Part shown: piece after piece, positions 37,993 through 51,295 of the stretch
Position numbering within the stretch: the stretch's first letter is position 1
Layout: every line of letters begins with the position of its first letter
DNA from: Anthoceros angustus
Taxonomy: Eukaryota; Plantae; Anthocerotophyta
Length of the DNA: 64,000 nucleotides
NCBI GenBank assembly: GCA_010909165.1
Contig: VJWM01000192.1
Coordinates: forward strand, 248,001 to 312,000
Direction of reading: 5' to 3'
Notes under the pieces: model-generated
Told to the model about the DNA's origin: nothing
Databases searched by the model: none
Seen by the model: the letters and a program-made list of their open reading frames with translations, nothing else
Program-made: the position numbers and the translations under genes

Positions 37993-40120
37993 ACTCTAAC
38001 CCATTCCTCCTCTTCTTCTTGGGGGTGTTCCCGTCCGGATCTCTTCACTCGTCGTCTTGTGACGGGGCCTCACACTGTCTCGGCGATCTTGGCTGATGAA
38101 GTGGGCACGCCCCTCTTGCGGGCGCTCTTGTAGAGCCTTGGCCTCTGTAGCATCTGTGCCGCCAATTACCTCAGGCGGTTGGGTGTTGGTGCAACTCATC
38201 TGCCGCGGACACCCCACCAACTCTACCGGCTGCTGGAAATCTCTTCCTCTTCCATTGGCTCCTCCCACATTGAGCCTTGCATCCATTTCACTCTCAAGTC
38301 ACGAATCTCCAGGAGGGTGCAATTCTTCAAAATCTCCCTCATCGACCCAACAACTTCCTTGTCAACAAGGCGCATCTCCTTGGCAAACTTGTTGACCCTA
38401 GCATGTAAGTGGACTGCATCTCACGGCCCTTCAAACAAATCTCATCAAATTCCTCGGGCCACTCTCCACGAGGCTAACCTGCAAGCATCCCTCTCAGCGT
38501 CACCTCACTCAAGCAGGCTGGTGACATTGTAAGCCATGCCATGCATAAAACGCGTTGCTTCGATGACTCCTCACGCTCCTCGCTCCATCACATCCTTCCT
38601 CGCTCCTTGAGCTTGGCCTCGATCCTTCATTCTTGGCTTGGCGGCCTCGGCCTCGCTTGGGCAGTCTTCAACTCCCCATTCTCCTTCTCTGAAGAAGTTC
38701 TTCTTGCCACTCCTTCCCACATCGGGAGTCTCCTCAATCTTACGGTTGAGGTAGCCACTTCCTTCATTAGCTCCCTACTTTCTTGTCTCGGCCTCTGTTC
38801 TTCAATCTTCTTTGAGCCCCAACCTTCTCTCCGGGTCAACTAGGCGCCTTTGCCGCCATCTCCTTGATAGCCTTGCTATCCTTCTCCCCACAGTGAGGGC
38901 AATCGCTTGGCTGTCACGGCGGCTCTCACCTCAACTCCTCTACTTCACCTGAGCTTGCTTCACTAATGGAGTGTCAATTAGGGCGGATGGTCGATCCTTC
39001 AAAGCCTTTGTCTTCTCATTCCCCTCACACTCGCCTTTCTCTTGGTGGCGGTCTCTCCCCTGGCATCGATGTTGGGTGGAACTCCATTTCGGTCATCTCA
39101 CAGGGTGGGTTAGTTCCACCACCACCGCTCCATGGGGTTGCCTCAGCACACATGGTGGCTTGCCACCTCTTCCTCTTGTGCCCTTGTCTCCCCACAGGGC
39201 AGGCACCTCTTCTTCCTTGGCGTCGGGCCAGGTGGTCTCATCATCCAAGATCACCACACGAGGTGAAGCACTCCTTGCTCCACCTTGGGTTCCTCCTCAC
39301 CTTCTTCACCTTCTTAGGAGAGGGACCCAAATCCCTCGGAGGGACCACTTCAAGCGGTGGTAAGACTCCTCCTCTTCTTGGATAACCCATGTGCCCCCCC
39401 AAGCTGCACAAGTACTCAAATGGTATGCCTCGCCCCTCATTGTCCACAATGTTTGGCCTCTGACTTGTCTCGGTGATGCTCATAGGCCGTCGACATGGTT
39501 GTCCCCAGTCGGTGAGCTCCTTGCTTACTTCCACATGAAATGAAAGAATGCCTTGCTGAGTAGGTGGTTGACGACAGTCCCCAAAACTATCCTTGTAAAA
39601 GCTTCCACTTGAGGTCAACAATCTTATCATCCTCCAGCCATTCAGCGTCTTGGCGTCTATCCCTCGATGAGCATCTTTGAGAGCTTCCTCGGGAAGGTCG
39701 ACCACCTGCTCTTTCCATCTTCATTCCTCTCGTGGGAGCCACACCATCACTCTTCTCTCGGCCTCCCATACCTTCGAATGTCTTTGGGCGGTCCATCCCT
39801 TGGATCATCACGTTCCTCTCCTCCAGTCTCTGTTTCTCCCTCCGTCGATTCATTGCGCTGTAGACTCAACCAATTCCACATTAGAATAGGCCCAATGCCT
39901 ATCGTAAACCCAGGCTGCACATTTTGACAGCCCTTCGAAAATCCCATAAGTCTCTGGAGGAGACTTGCAGCTATAAAATCCTGGCCCCTCCTTCTCGGCT
40001 CGGGCTTCTCCTTCACCGCTTTCTCTTTCTTCTTCTCCTTGGGCAGCGCTCACTCCTCCTTGCTCTTTGGATGTCTTGCGCCTCCTCCAAGGTAGTTCTT
40101 CATCTCCTCAATCCCTCACT
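37993..40120 (-). mobile_element. 3' region of an Athila-like element carrying the same extra coiled-coil ORF
   Basis: Minus strand ~38370-38510 reads EVTxERDAC..EWPEEFDE..HLHARVNKFAKEMRL, homologous to the ORFs at ~32000 and ~50000. Confidence 0.55.
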
Positions 40121-40263
40121 ATGCTCTGATCGCCTCCGTTTCCAGGAACCGGTGAAGGGAGAACACGGTGAATGGCCCTTTCAATATGGCGGAGGCCATC
40201 ATGGACCAAAAATTCATGATAACATTTGGACAACTTCTCAGGGACAATCCGAGGTACATGCCA

Positions 40264-43200
40264 TGTGAACTTTCCTAAAGTGCGGACAAAAGCGGAAGCA
40301 TATATTAGAAAGATAAAAAGTACATAGGTTAGGGGCCCCTTAGGAGCCGTGCACTTCGTGGGGTGCGATTGTTAAACAACGAGCCGGGGTTAGCCTAACT
40401 CGCGACTATTAGCTAGGGTTATGTAACCCATCGGTCTTACTCCCTCTTAAAGTAACGTAACTTTGAGCTACAACTCCTCTGCTCGAAACATCTTACGGTC
40501 TTCAAGTGTTGGGAAGGTAGGGGCGGTCGATTAGCCCCATGCTGCATATCTTTGTAATCTGGGCCTTGGGGCGGGGTCCTTTGTCGGGGACATCGCAAGT
40601 TGTCCTCGGTGGGCACGTAGCTAGCTAGCACCACCTTGCGTTCAACCACATCTCGGATATAGTGGTGCTGAATCTCTATGTGCTTCGTCCTAGCGTGGAA
40701 CTTGGGGCTTGAGATCAGGGCCAGGGCCGACATATTGTCACAATAGAGTGATGTCGGCTGGTCTTGTCTCTGGCTAGTGTCGGCTAGGAAAGCCCTCTCC
40801 CACTCAGCTTCCTTGGAGGCATCGGTGAGTGACTTGTACTCGGCCTCATGTGGAAGAGTGCTATAAGTGCTTCTTACAACTCAATTCCAGTGAGGATAGC
40901 AGAAAACAATGAGCACTTAAGCTCTTCCTCAGAGTCGGTCGGATGCCCGGTCGGTGTCAAGCCGAGGAGGAGCTTGCCAGTTCCTCACTCTGGTACATTA
41001 GCCGTATGTCGGTGCCCTTCAAATAGCGAAACACTCTCTTGCTGCGGCCCAATCGCCTTGCGGTGTCTCTAGGAATTGAGATCTTGTGGAAGCGGAGTAA
41101 TGGATGTCGGGCCTTGTCCAACCACTAACGAAGGCTTCCTACGACATGGCGATGAGGGAATCCCATGCATTTCCTTGGCCTCTTCTTGATGAGGCCTTTG
41201 CTCGGATGAGTTTAGTGCCCACAACGCCAGGGTGATGGATGGCGGGCTTGGCCAGCTCCCCAATGTCCTTCATCTCAAAGCATTAATGGCCCGGAGAGGA
41301 TGGTGGAGTCCACATGCAAGGCAAGGATGACAAAGTGAGAGGGCCTCAGTCCAGTATGGCCTGCGTTGCCGTCGGTGCACTCATAGGCGAAGGAAATCTT
41401 GGCGGTAGATGTACATAGTAATATACCACACTCGCCCGCTCTGTTTGAGGCCATATATGCACTTCCTTGGAGCACTTTGTTGGGAAACTCCTTGCCGACG
41501 TAGCCCTCGATCCATGTAGAGTTCCTCGTCCAAGATGTGAGGTAGGTCTTGGCGTCCATTTGGTGGAGCTCGGATCCGGTTCGGCCGAACAAGCAAAATC
41601 CGTATGGATTGCGCGTACCAGGGAGAAGGTCTCTTGATAGTCCGGGGCCTTCAACAGGAGAATCCACGAGCCACCAGTAGGGCCTTAAAAGCGAGCCACA
41701 TCCTTGGGCGTTGAGCTTGAGCTTGAAGGTCCACTTGCGAGATGGGCTTCCTTCCGAGGCGGGTCGACAAGTTCCCAAGTTTTGTTAAGCAAACTCGGTA
41801 CTCATCCTCCACTTGCGATCATGTGCGAGGACTCGGGTCCTGCAAAGGGCTTGGGAAAGAGTGGTGGGTTCCTCTGGAAGAGCCGGAGATAAGGGCCGGA
41901 TGAGAGTGAGGCTGTCACAGTCAATGGATTGGTAGGCGGCTGCCTTGCTGAGATGCTCGGTGCTGAGTGCGGCGAGGCCGAGGATTAGGAGGCATAGGCT
42001 CATCGTCGGCCAACACGGGCTCGCGGGCTCTCCCTCCACGGCGGGGGCGGATCTGGCGGTCGTCGGCATCATCAACAGTGAGCAATGGGATAGGTACCAT
42101 TGTGGTCTTGGGAGGTATCTTGGCGATAGGCTCGTTGTCCTCGGGGGCAGGCCGTCGTCCAGGTTCTCAAGTGGCACAGGTCACCGTCTTGATGGGGTAT
42201 CGCCCCAGTCGGTGTCGCTGCCGTGGGGCGACCGACGCACATCTCCCTCTGAGGCCTGGGCGGCTCGAGAAGGTGGCGGTCTGCGCCAAGGTGATGTCGT
42301 CGTCTCGGTCGAGCTTATAGGCCTTGGAGCTCTCGGCAGTAGCCACGAAGATAAGCTTCTTTGCCAACTCGTCGCTTTGGGCGGGGATGTGAGCAAAGGT
42401 GGCGAATACCGTGGGTCTTTGAATCTTGGGCTTGCGCCGCCAATATACCTCATAGGGGGTACGGCCAAGGCCGAGCTTGTGATGCTCGGTTGAATATAGG
42501 TGGCCACACAATCGCCTCCTTGAAGCCTTGTGGAAGTCGGACCATAGCAGCATGCTCCACGTGGGCGGGGGCGTCGATTCTTGCGCTCCGCTACTCCGTT
42601 CTGCTGTGGAGTATAGGGTACCGTGAGTTGTCTCTGAATTCCTCGCTCCAGGAGGAAGGCATCAAACTCATGGTTCACAAACTACTGTGCGTTATCGCTC
42701 GCGTCTTGACTTGTCGATCTGGCGTTCGTGGAAACTCACTTGAAGTATGTGAGCGTCTCACTCTTGATGCATTGGAAGATCAAGAATATCTGGAAGTCGT
42801 CGTGAGGGTGAGATAGTATATAGCACCGCTAAAGGGAGGTATGGATCTTCCGGATATGTCGAGGCTAAGGCATCTCGGCCCGATCGCCCTCTTGGAAGGA
42901 GAGACTCATGCTTGGCGATGACGATTCACGGTGAGGTGTTGGAAACATCTAAGGAGTGGCTCTTGGTAAAGGCCTGTGAGGACATGGAGATGAGCTTGTG
43001 CTTGTTGATATGGCCATGCCGCAGGCAGCGGTCTTGGTGATTGTCAAATGACGTAAGCAAGAGGTCCTTGTTTGCTACTCAGAATAAGTCTATACCATCT
43101 TGGGGATGGGCGCCCATTAAAAGTTACGAGTCAGGCTACTTGTGTTGGGTTGGGACACGAGGTTCTTCCCCATCTGGCACATAGAGCCACAGCTCTAGGG

Positions 43201-46200
43201 TTAGTGTAGTTCCATCGAGATAGGGGCAGCTCAAAGTCCCTTGGCCGGTATGGCGGTGACATTGACCTCGTAGGAGTACCCTCTCTGCAGTCGGACGCCG
43301 GTCCGGTGGGAGAGAAGAGGGTGTCGTTACGTTGGATGTGGGCGTGCTTTGTGTACCACCAGTCCTGTTGTGGTGGGTGCTCAAGCAAGCGGTAAGAATC
43401 TTCACCGTCTTGCCATCCTCGGTCTTGCCCCAGCCACATTTGCGATCTGGCGGGGCTTCAGCTCTGACTTTCTTCTTAGGCATTCCAGCGCCCGGTGGAG
43501 TACCTTCAGTCTGATTACCCGTCCGTGAGGTGTAGTGTCGAAGCACCCTTGGAGGTGTTGCTTCCCTTGCGCCTTCCCTGGAATCGGGCGGCGCCTATAT
43601 CGACCTTGGGCTTGGACCCTTTCTTTGAGGTAAAGGCGGCTGCTCGTGTTGATAGGCGCTCAGGATAATCTCCTCCTGTAAGAGAAGAGGTGGAGCCGGT
43701 GACACCCGTGTTGACATCGCATCAAGCGGTGACGAAATCGATAGGAGGTGGTAAGCTCATCGACAATTAGGCGTGACGTCAAGTCTCGGTCATGGTCGAG
43801 CCGAGATGCCACGTATCCTCATGCTTCACGGAATCTTGAGGTATGTACCGCCACCGTGTCGGACTCCTTCATTTTGAGGCGTTGAACTCCCGTGGTAGAG
43901 GTCGGGGCGTTGTTGCGTTGTAGGGTGTGGAGAGCTGGTCCCAAATGGCGGAAGCTTGATGAAACTCAATCGGGGACCGGTGGAGTCGAGCCGGCGGAGG
44001 AGGCGGTGGATTCCGTTGAGGAAGTCCCATCGCTCCACATCGGCGATCGAGGTGGAGGACGGAGGTGGTTGATGGCTTGGGGTGATGCCATCACAACCTT
44101 CCACACGCCTCTGCGATGGCGGTGACTTCATCCGGACTCGCCACACGGTAGCTGGCCGTTGAAGCGGTCTTGCTCCTCGATTTGCTCGGTGAACATTGGG
44201 AATAGCCAAGTGCGGTCAAGTCTTTCTGGCGGCCATCGTGGTTGGCGTGTTCAAAGAGAATTCAAGCTGGATCATGGTCCAAAAGAGTTGGGGCACTGTG
44301 GTCATCAAAGGCCAAGCCTAGAAGCTAGCTCCTTCCTTAGAAAGTATATACTGAGAGGGTTGCGACCCGCGAGAGTTCAATCTTGAGTTCAAGCAAACAT
44401 TCTCAAAATCATGAGCAAGGGGCTTGAGGGGTGCGGGATCGCTCGTGAGTCGTAGATCGGAGGCGAGGTCCACAGGCTCGTCGGCCTTCCACTCGATTGG
44501 GCCCACGGTTCTGGGTAAGGAGGGTTGGAGCCGGCGAGGTCGTCCACAGTGGTGGCGGAGGGGCTCGAGCTTGGCGTGGTGGTCGGATCTTGGCGCGGTG
44601 GAGATCCGTCGGGTGCTCAGAGGAAATGGCGAGCTGCAAAATAGGGGCTGAAAATTGTTATCAGACAATAATAATGCCGGGCGTTAAATAAACGAGCAGG
44701 TCTTGGGGCGCCCGTTTGGCGCGTCTGGCCCACGGCCCGGTTGGGCGGGCGCGCGTCGCGTCGGCGCCGCCGCGCCTCCGAATCGGCCGCTCGCGCCTCG
44801 CGGTGCTCGGGTCGGGTTCCTGCAGCGATCGACCGGCGGCGGCGATCTCCGCGGCCTGTCGCACCCGCCCGTGCCCCCTCGCGTGCGCCCGCGCCCTCCC
44901 GCGCGGTGTCCCATGGCGATCGTGCTGCATGATGGAGGTAGCGCGGCCGGGGTCGCCCTCGGATCTGGGCTGCCCGCTTGCTCCCACGCTCGGCCCGCCA
45001 CGGGTTCCGGTGGGCGCCTCACGGGCTGCAGCAGTCGTGGCCGTCCTTGACTGCACAGCGCTGCCGGTACAGCTGCCTCAGGGATGCGGAGGCTGGAGGA
45101 ATTTTCGAGATGGTGGAGTTGAGCGGCCCGATCTTTGAGCGTGGTGATATTTCCGCAGGGTGAATTGATCGCTCCACATGGCGATTGGACATGCAGTGCG
45201 CTTGGGACTCGAAGCCGAAGAACAGATTCTGTTTTGGGCTGAATCCCGATCCCATGAATCACAAGGTTTCTTAATTGATGGATGTCATACTGTGGAGGAG
45301 GAATCTCGGCACCTCGGATGGGGCGTTCTTTGGGGATCTCGCTCCGCCTTGCACAGGCGCCCGTACTAGGGGATGATGGCGGGGGCGGGGTCGCGCCCCT
45401 TTTGCTGGGTGGAGAGCGCGAGTGGGCGCGCAATTGTCCCGCCGGCGAGAGGATCTCTTGGCCATCCTGTGGAGCGAAGTGTGGGGGCGATGGCGAAGGG
45501 GAGGGAGGGGGAGGCCAAATGCCTCTCCCTCCCGTTGCTCCTTAAATTTGTGGTTCGCCTACCTTAACATATCTAGGGAAATAACCGATAAAATTCTCGG
45601 CAAGGGGGACAAGAGGGGCTACTGGCGGAGTTCTCATCAGAACTCCGCAATTAAGCCCCTGTCGATCAGGGCTCGGGTGGGGTGTCGGCCCGAGATGATT
45701 TTCTGCATTCCTTTGTTTTGAAAAAAAAAAGGTGATCATGTAGATCAAAGGATGCTAGCTATCTTGAGAAGGTTAGGGTGCTAAAGCTTTGATCAGATTC
45801 TTTTGTGCAGGGCAGGGGAAACAAAAGAAGGGGGAGGACGCCGTGCCATTGCCCCGGCTTCTTCCCCGCCTTCAATCTTGGAAAAGACTAGGCTCTGATA
45901 CCATGTGAACTTTCCTAAAGTGCGGACAAAAGCGGAAGCATATATTAGAAAGATAAAGAAGTACATAGGTTAGGGGCCCTTTTATAGGAGCCCGTGCACC
46001 CCTTCGTAGGGGTGCGACTGTTCGCTTAACGAGCCAGGGTTAGCCTAACTCGCCTGACTATTTTTTTTTTTAATTTGGTATTTTGAAAATAAATCAAAAC
46101 AACCCCTGGGAGAAATCTTCAAGGTTAATTCCCTATGTTACACATCGATCATCCCAACAGAAGAGACTTTACTCTTCCCGAGGTCATCTGAGTACGTGCC

Positions 46201-46363
46201 TAGATACCATCGCAGTTATGTGGGACTTGGGAAGAACTCCCTCACCCACTAAAACTCCCCACCTTTACCTTTGCCCGAGAATAAGGGCTGCCATACATTG
46301 CTGCATCGGCTCCAATACGCCTGACTATTAGCTAGGGTTATGTAACTCTTACTGGTCTTAACA
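40264..46363 (-). mobile_element. Full-length, frameshifted Ty1/Copia LTR retrotransposon
   Basis: LTRs 40264-40440 and 45904-46363 (both begin TGTGAACTTTCCTAAAG on +); PBS-Met TGGTATCAGAGCC 45891-45903; PPT next to 40441; TSD TGCCA/CGCCA; IN TVPYTPQQNGVAERKNR, RT YGLKQSGRVWY, RNase H FHARTKHIEIQHHYIRD. Confidence 0.92.
46061..46317 (-). mobile_element. 5'-truncated non-LTR retroposon (LINE-like 3' end with poly-A) inserted in the Copia 5' LTR
   Basis: Poly-T from 46061 on +; TSD CGCCTGACTA at 46051-46060 and 46318-46327; absent from the sister LTR. Confidence 0.8.
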
Positions 46364-46368
46364 CGCCA

Positions 46369-49300
46369 GCAGATCCGGTGGGCATTGAAGGCAGCACAAC
46401 CCAAGAAGAGGCAGACCCTTCCCAAAACAAGGCCGAGGCCCCTTCGGGTGAACATGGTGGCCATGGTGACCAAGGTCGCGAGGCTGCAGATAGAAATCTC
46501 GGGATGCGTTATCAAGAAAGTACCTCTGGATTCGTGCAGGGTCAACATCATGACGGAGGACACATTTCGGAAGTTTGGAGATAGAACACACATCAAGGTC
46601 TTTGCGTCTTGCGGACATGTCCGAGGATGACACCGGTGGGGAGGCGGGCGGAGTTCTAACCCATATTGGTACCATTCCCTTATGGACTATGTGGTCATCA
46701 AGCGAGCTCACGGATATGGCGTTTTGATTGGCGGACGTGGATGTATGGGGCAGTACCTTCAAGTGGGCAAGGAAGGAAGTGGGCTTCAAACCTCTGGGAC
46801 CCCAAGGTTAAGGAAGGGAGGATATGTTTATCTTGGAGTCGAGATATACGGAGGCATACGGAAGCAGATGGCTATACCTCGAAGACACATTTGGGGAGGA
46901 GGATGAGAAAGAGAAGTTCCGTTTGCCCACATTTCTTGGTCGGATGAAGGCGGGACTATCGAAGAGACATTCCCCACTCCATCGGTGGTGGGTTGTTATG
47001 GGAGTGTGATTAGCTGCTTGGTGTGGAAGGTACTACTGCGGTAGTGGAAGGTGGAGCAGCGGTTGTGGAAGGTGGTGGGACGGATGTGGAAGTTCTGTTC
47101 CCGATGAAGCGTTGTTGGCGAGATGGAGGGGAAGCGGCGGAAGAATCGGAAGGCAAGTGATGGTGGTGCGGTAAATGAGAAGGGAGATCCGGATACACCG
47201 GCCTACTTATTCGTAAATATTTGAGTTCACAGAATCGGGCAGCATCCTCGGACCTTTCAAGGCAACAACATGCCTCGTGCATTATTCGAGTCCATTTGTC
47301 CGCCACGAGGCTTAAATGAGGAGGGACGGAGAAAGGTTGTGGGTGGTACCTCGTGACTTGGACCTACCATATGACAACGATATGCACTTTCGGGCAAGCT
47401 TCACCTTCGATGGATGGGGCCATATAAAGTCCTTGAAGTTTTTGGCTCCATACAGCTCCAACATTAGCAGGCGACCCCTACCAAGCAGGTCAGCGGTTGG
47501 AGAGTCGAAATATATACATGAGTTGGCGAGGCGCCAACAAATGAGAAGGAGTATGTAAGCGATCGGTATTGGAAACTCCTGTTGGATTGTGTCTTTGAGT
47601 GATTTTTGTTTTTGTTAAGTTTGGTGTCAAAAGAGCTAGGTTATGAGTAGGAAGGGATATTTATAGTAGAAAGTGTCCTTGGCCTATGAGTTTTTGGGTT
47701 GTTTCTGGGTTAAATAATAATCGGTCCTTGGACTATGAACTCGATACTCCTTGGCCTTTGGTCTTGGAATATCTAATAAAAGGCCTATATATGTGGGAGG
47801 GGTCCCCATATTTGGCGGTCCGTAGGCTAGAAATTAACCAGAGGCGGTAGTTGGTAGTGTGTGGTGTTGGCGGGTGTCTGAGGACTATGTTTGAAGGCAG
47901 TTGGCGGCGGCGGTCGTGTGGAAGGAAGGAGCGGTCGCGGAAGAAGAAGTGGTAGCCGGTTGGCGATCGTAGAGTTTCGGGAAATATAACCCTAAGGGAA
48001 CTTCGGAAAGGCCGCAGGCGGAGGTAGCTCAGACAATCCACAGCGAGCCACGAGCCACGAAAGGGCCTCCTTCCTCGAGAAGAAAATAAACTTGTTTTAG
48101 ATAGGAGTTAAATTCGGTGCCCAATGGCCAAATATGGACCATTGGGAGTGGAGGATTGGTGAGGGCTGGGTGGGATCATGGAAAAGGATGGAATGGATTG
48201 TGGGATTTCGAGGGAGGAGGACCCATGATTCAGGAGGGACGAGGCGAAATCGGAGGGTGTGCGGAGATAACATGGGCGGGGAGTAGTGGCATCCTAGGAA
48301 TAGAACTTTGGATAGGATGCCATCTTGGACCTAAGGCCGTCCAGTGTAGGGCCTCTTGGCGTTCGGCCGTTTTAGGACAGGAAAGTCGGTGGTGCTATGG
48401 CTGACAATTGTATAAAGGGGCTTGGTTGTGCCTCACATCGAGATAACTCTGGTTGAGATCCCCACGCTGTGGCTGGTTGGAGGCGTCCGATTAGAGGTGG
48501 TGTCGAGGCTCCTAGGGTGGTGGTCGAGCTTGCTCAGGGGAGGAGGGTGATAGAGCAATCTTGCGACAAAGGAGGAGGAAACCAAGGGATTGGCGCGGGG
48601 TGGGAGCTTGCTCATGCGCCTGTGGCGCCTTGGGTTCTTCTCCTTCACCCTTGTTCTGTAGTTGTGTTCGAAATTGAGAAGTGTTGGATGGTTGGAAGCA
48701 CGGGTGAATTGAGGGAGAGAGAGAGAGGAGAAGGGTGGGTGAAGGAGAGATTAACAGCGCTGTGATCGAGGTGTAAGGAGTTGAAGAAGAACGGTGAAGG
48801 TGGAGATTGTGTGTGGATCCAAAGCCGGTCTTTGGGGAAGTGTGCGAGGAAAAGCGTTGTTTAAAATAAGTGTGTGGTGCCCTTTGTGTGTGTGTGTGTG
48901 GATTGGGTGAGGAGGTCCCTGAATCGGTGTGTGCATGAAGTGTGAGTAGAATAAATCATCCACGCTTGGTGGCCCGTGCGAGATCCATGGCCGAATGTCG
49001 CTAGGGTTTGGTGTGGGACCCACCTCGGTGTAGCAACTACCGGTAGTGGTGCGACTACCCATGAGTAGACGTGGAATAAGAGGTCGGGGGTTAGATCATG
49101 GTAGTTGGACAAGTCGGGAGGTAGTAGTAGTTGAGTAGATAGGTAAGAGGGGGTGGGAGTCCACGACTTAGTTAGGCAAAGGTCGAGGTGGTGATAGAAG
49201 TTAGCGTCTCTTGGCACAAACATTCCCTTGGGAGCGAATCCTGTGACTAGCGACATTGAGGGTGAATGTGGACCTCACGGTGTCTCGTGACACAGTTTAC

Positions 49301-50730
49301 ACCCACACCAAGGTAGACGTAGGAGCCGCCAAGAGGAGGTTGAATTCTTGAAGGCGGAGGCGGAGAAGACAAGGACCTACCAAGCAAGGGAAATTGCGGT
49401 AGGCGGAAACCCAAGGCGGAGGATGTTATGAGGATGGAAGCTCAAGTGGAGCACTTGGAAAGAGTCTTGAAACAAGGCACAAACAAACCATCATTCGGAG
49501 AACAAGGCTCTTACCAAGCAATTGGCAGCTCGAGAGGAGAAGGTGGAGCAACTTGCTCACATGGTGCGCACATGGGGAAAAGAAGGCAAGACAAGTGCTA
49601 ATGGAGGAAAGGTCAAGACGAGAGCAATCTCTGCAAAAATGAGGGACAAAGGCAAGTAGGCGCACATGAGCGGGTCATAGCCACACAGTGTGAAGATTAG
49701 TGACATGGAAAAGGAGTGGGAGAAATCCGAGGCTGGAATTGAAGGAAGAAGAGCTGGAAGAACGGACACATTTTGTCCAAAGATTGGAAATGGAACGAGA
49801 AGTCCAAAGAACGGAATGCACAACTCCCTAGGAGGATAGGGGAGTTGGAGGAAGAAATGGCAAAGGAGAAAGGCCGTCATGAGGCGGTTGCAGCATATGT
49901 TGGCGGTGAGGGGCGAGATTTCGGGCTGATTATGCCCTACAAGAGAGATTGATCCGCCAACCGCAGAATGAGAGGAGAGAATGTGGCTCTCCATGTCAAG
50001 ACCGTGAGCTGGCCTTGGAGCGAGATGCTTACAAAAGCAAGTGTGAGCATGGAGTATGGCTTGAGGATTACGAAGAATTGGAGATGGCACAACAACGATT
50101 TGCAGCCCATCTTCACAACAAGGTGCTCAAGGCCACTAACGAGTTGTTGCGACTTCGAGAGGAGGATGTTGGGACCTCATGACGATGATAGGGAGGCCCT
50201 CATGCAAGTCCAACCGAGCCTTGAGAGTGTCCCAAACAGGGGGTGAAGAAACTTCGCTGTGGAGAAGCAAGTGAAGCGGGGAAGCTGCAGTGGAGAGAAT
50301 CACCCTGTGAAGGGGTAAGGAAGAAGCCGGTAGGAACTCCTACCGTGGTAGGAGGAAGGTCCTACCATGGTAGGAGGGCCGGAAGAAGCGGATTCAAAGG
50401 CTAGCATGGATTTGACGGCAAGGGAGGCGAGTACCTTGGCCCTTGCAGGGGAAGGAAGAGGGGTTGATCTTGCAGAATGGAGCAAGAATCACAAGGAGAA
50501 GACCAACCTCCTAACATGGGTGCAGTGGGAGCACTTGCTCCACAAGTGAGAGGAAGAGGAGAAGTCGAGGATGAGCCAGGCTAAGAGAGCCCGGCTATTT
50601 TATTGGAGGAAGGAACTCAAGATAGGCATCAAGATAAGGAAGGGATTCATAAGAAGTCCTTAAATTAGCTTGAAGACATGGGGCAAGATGCCACTTGGGA
50701 AGACTTTTCTTTAGAGGAGGACAGCATTAA
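46369..50730 (+). mobile_element. Internally deleted Athila-like Ty3/Gypsy element (protease, integrase tail, extra ORF) containing an LTR-like insert ~48050-49307
   Basis: Protease VPLDS..VNIMTE ~46520; integrase tail GKLHLRWMGPY-like ~47380-47520; extra ORF ERDAYKSKCEHGVW..HLHNKVLKATNELLRL ~50020-50160; 49200-49307 matches the reverse complement of 36054-36160. Confidence 0.65.
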
Positions 50731-50733
50731 TGC

Positions 50734-51295
50734 TTGTGAGAGTGTGTTGACTAGCTAGATAGGAATGTTGACAGAGCCATTAAGGCTCACATAGGTGAAT
50801 TTTGCTAGAATAGAATTTTACCCAAGATGCTTGGATGTCGAACTTAAAGTCTAGGATACACTAAAATAAGGAGTAAGGCGTGAGGAGGCGCCTGTGTATG
50901 TGAGGACCTCCCTATAAAAGGAGGGAGCTTGTGAAGTAAAATTATCGTGTCTTGCGCTCCCATCCTCCCGAGTCCTTCACTTTGTGCAGGTGAATTTTGC
51001 AAGCCAACGCGTTGTCCGGTAGAGAGGAGAACGCCGGGAGGCCGGGTGGAGGGCTTGCTCTTTGCAGCGCCCGCTAGGCCTCCCTTGTGAATGGTTCGTG
51101 TGAATTGTTTTGCTTTGAGTGTGTGGCGATGCTCAAGGAACTCTCGGCTTGAGGGTAGACTGGAAAGACTCCAGGTTCTCGTCGTGCAAACCACATAGCA
51201 ACCGCCCAAGGAAGAACTCGTTAATTTCCTGACGGACCCAGGCAGCCGTAAGGGCGAGAATTAATGAGCCAGCAATTGGTGTTAGAGTAGGAGAT
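50734..51295 (+). repeat. LTR-like segment followed by a PBS-like TGGTGTTAGAGTAGG
   Basis: TG start ~50734, CTATAAAAGG box ~50912, ...CAGCA end 51273, then TGGTGT.. Confidence 0.5.
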
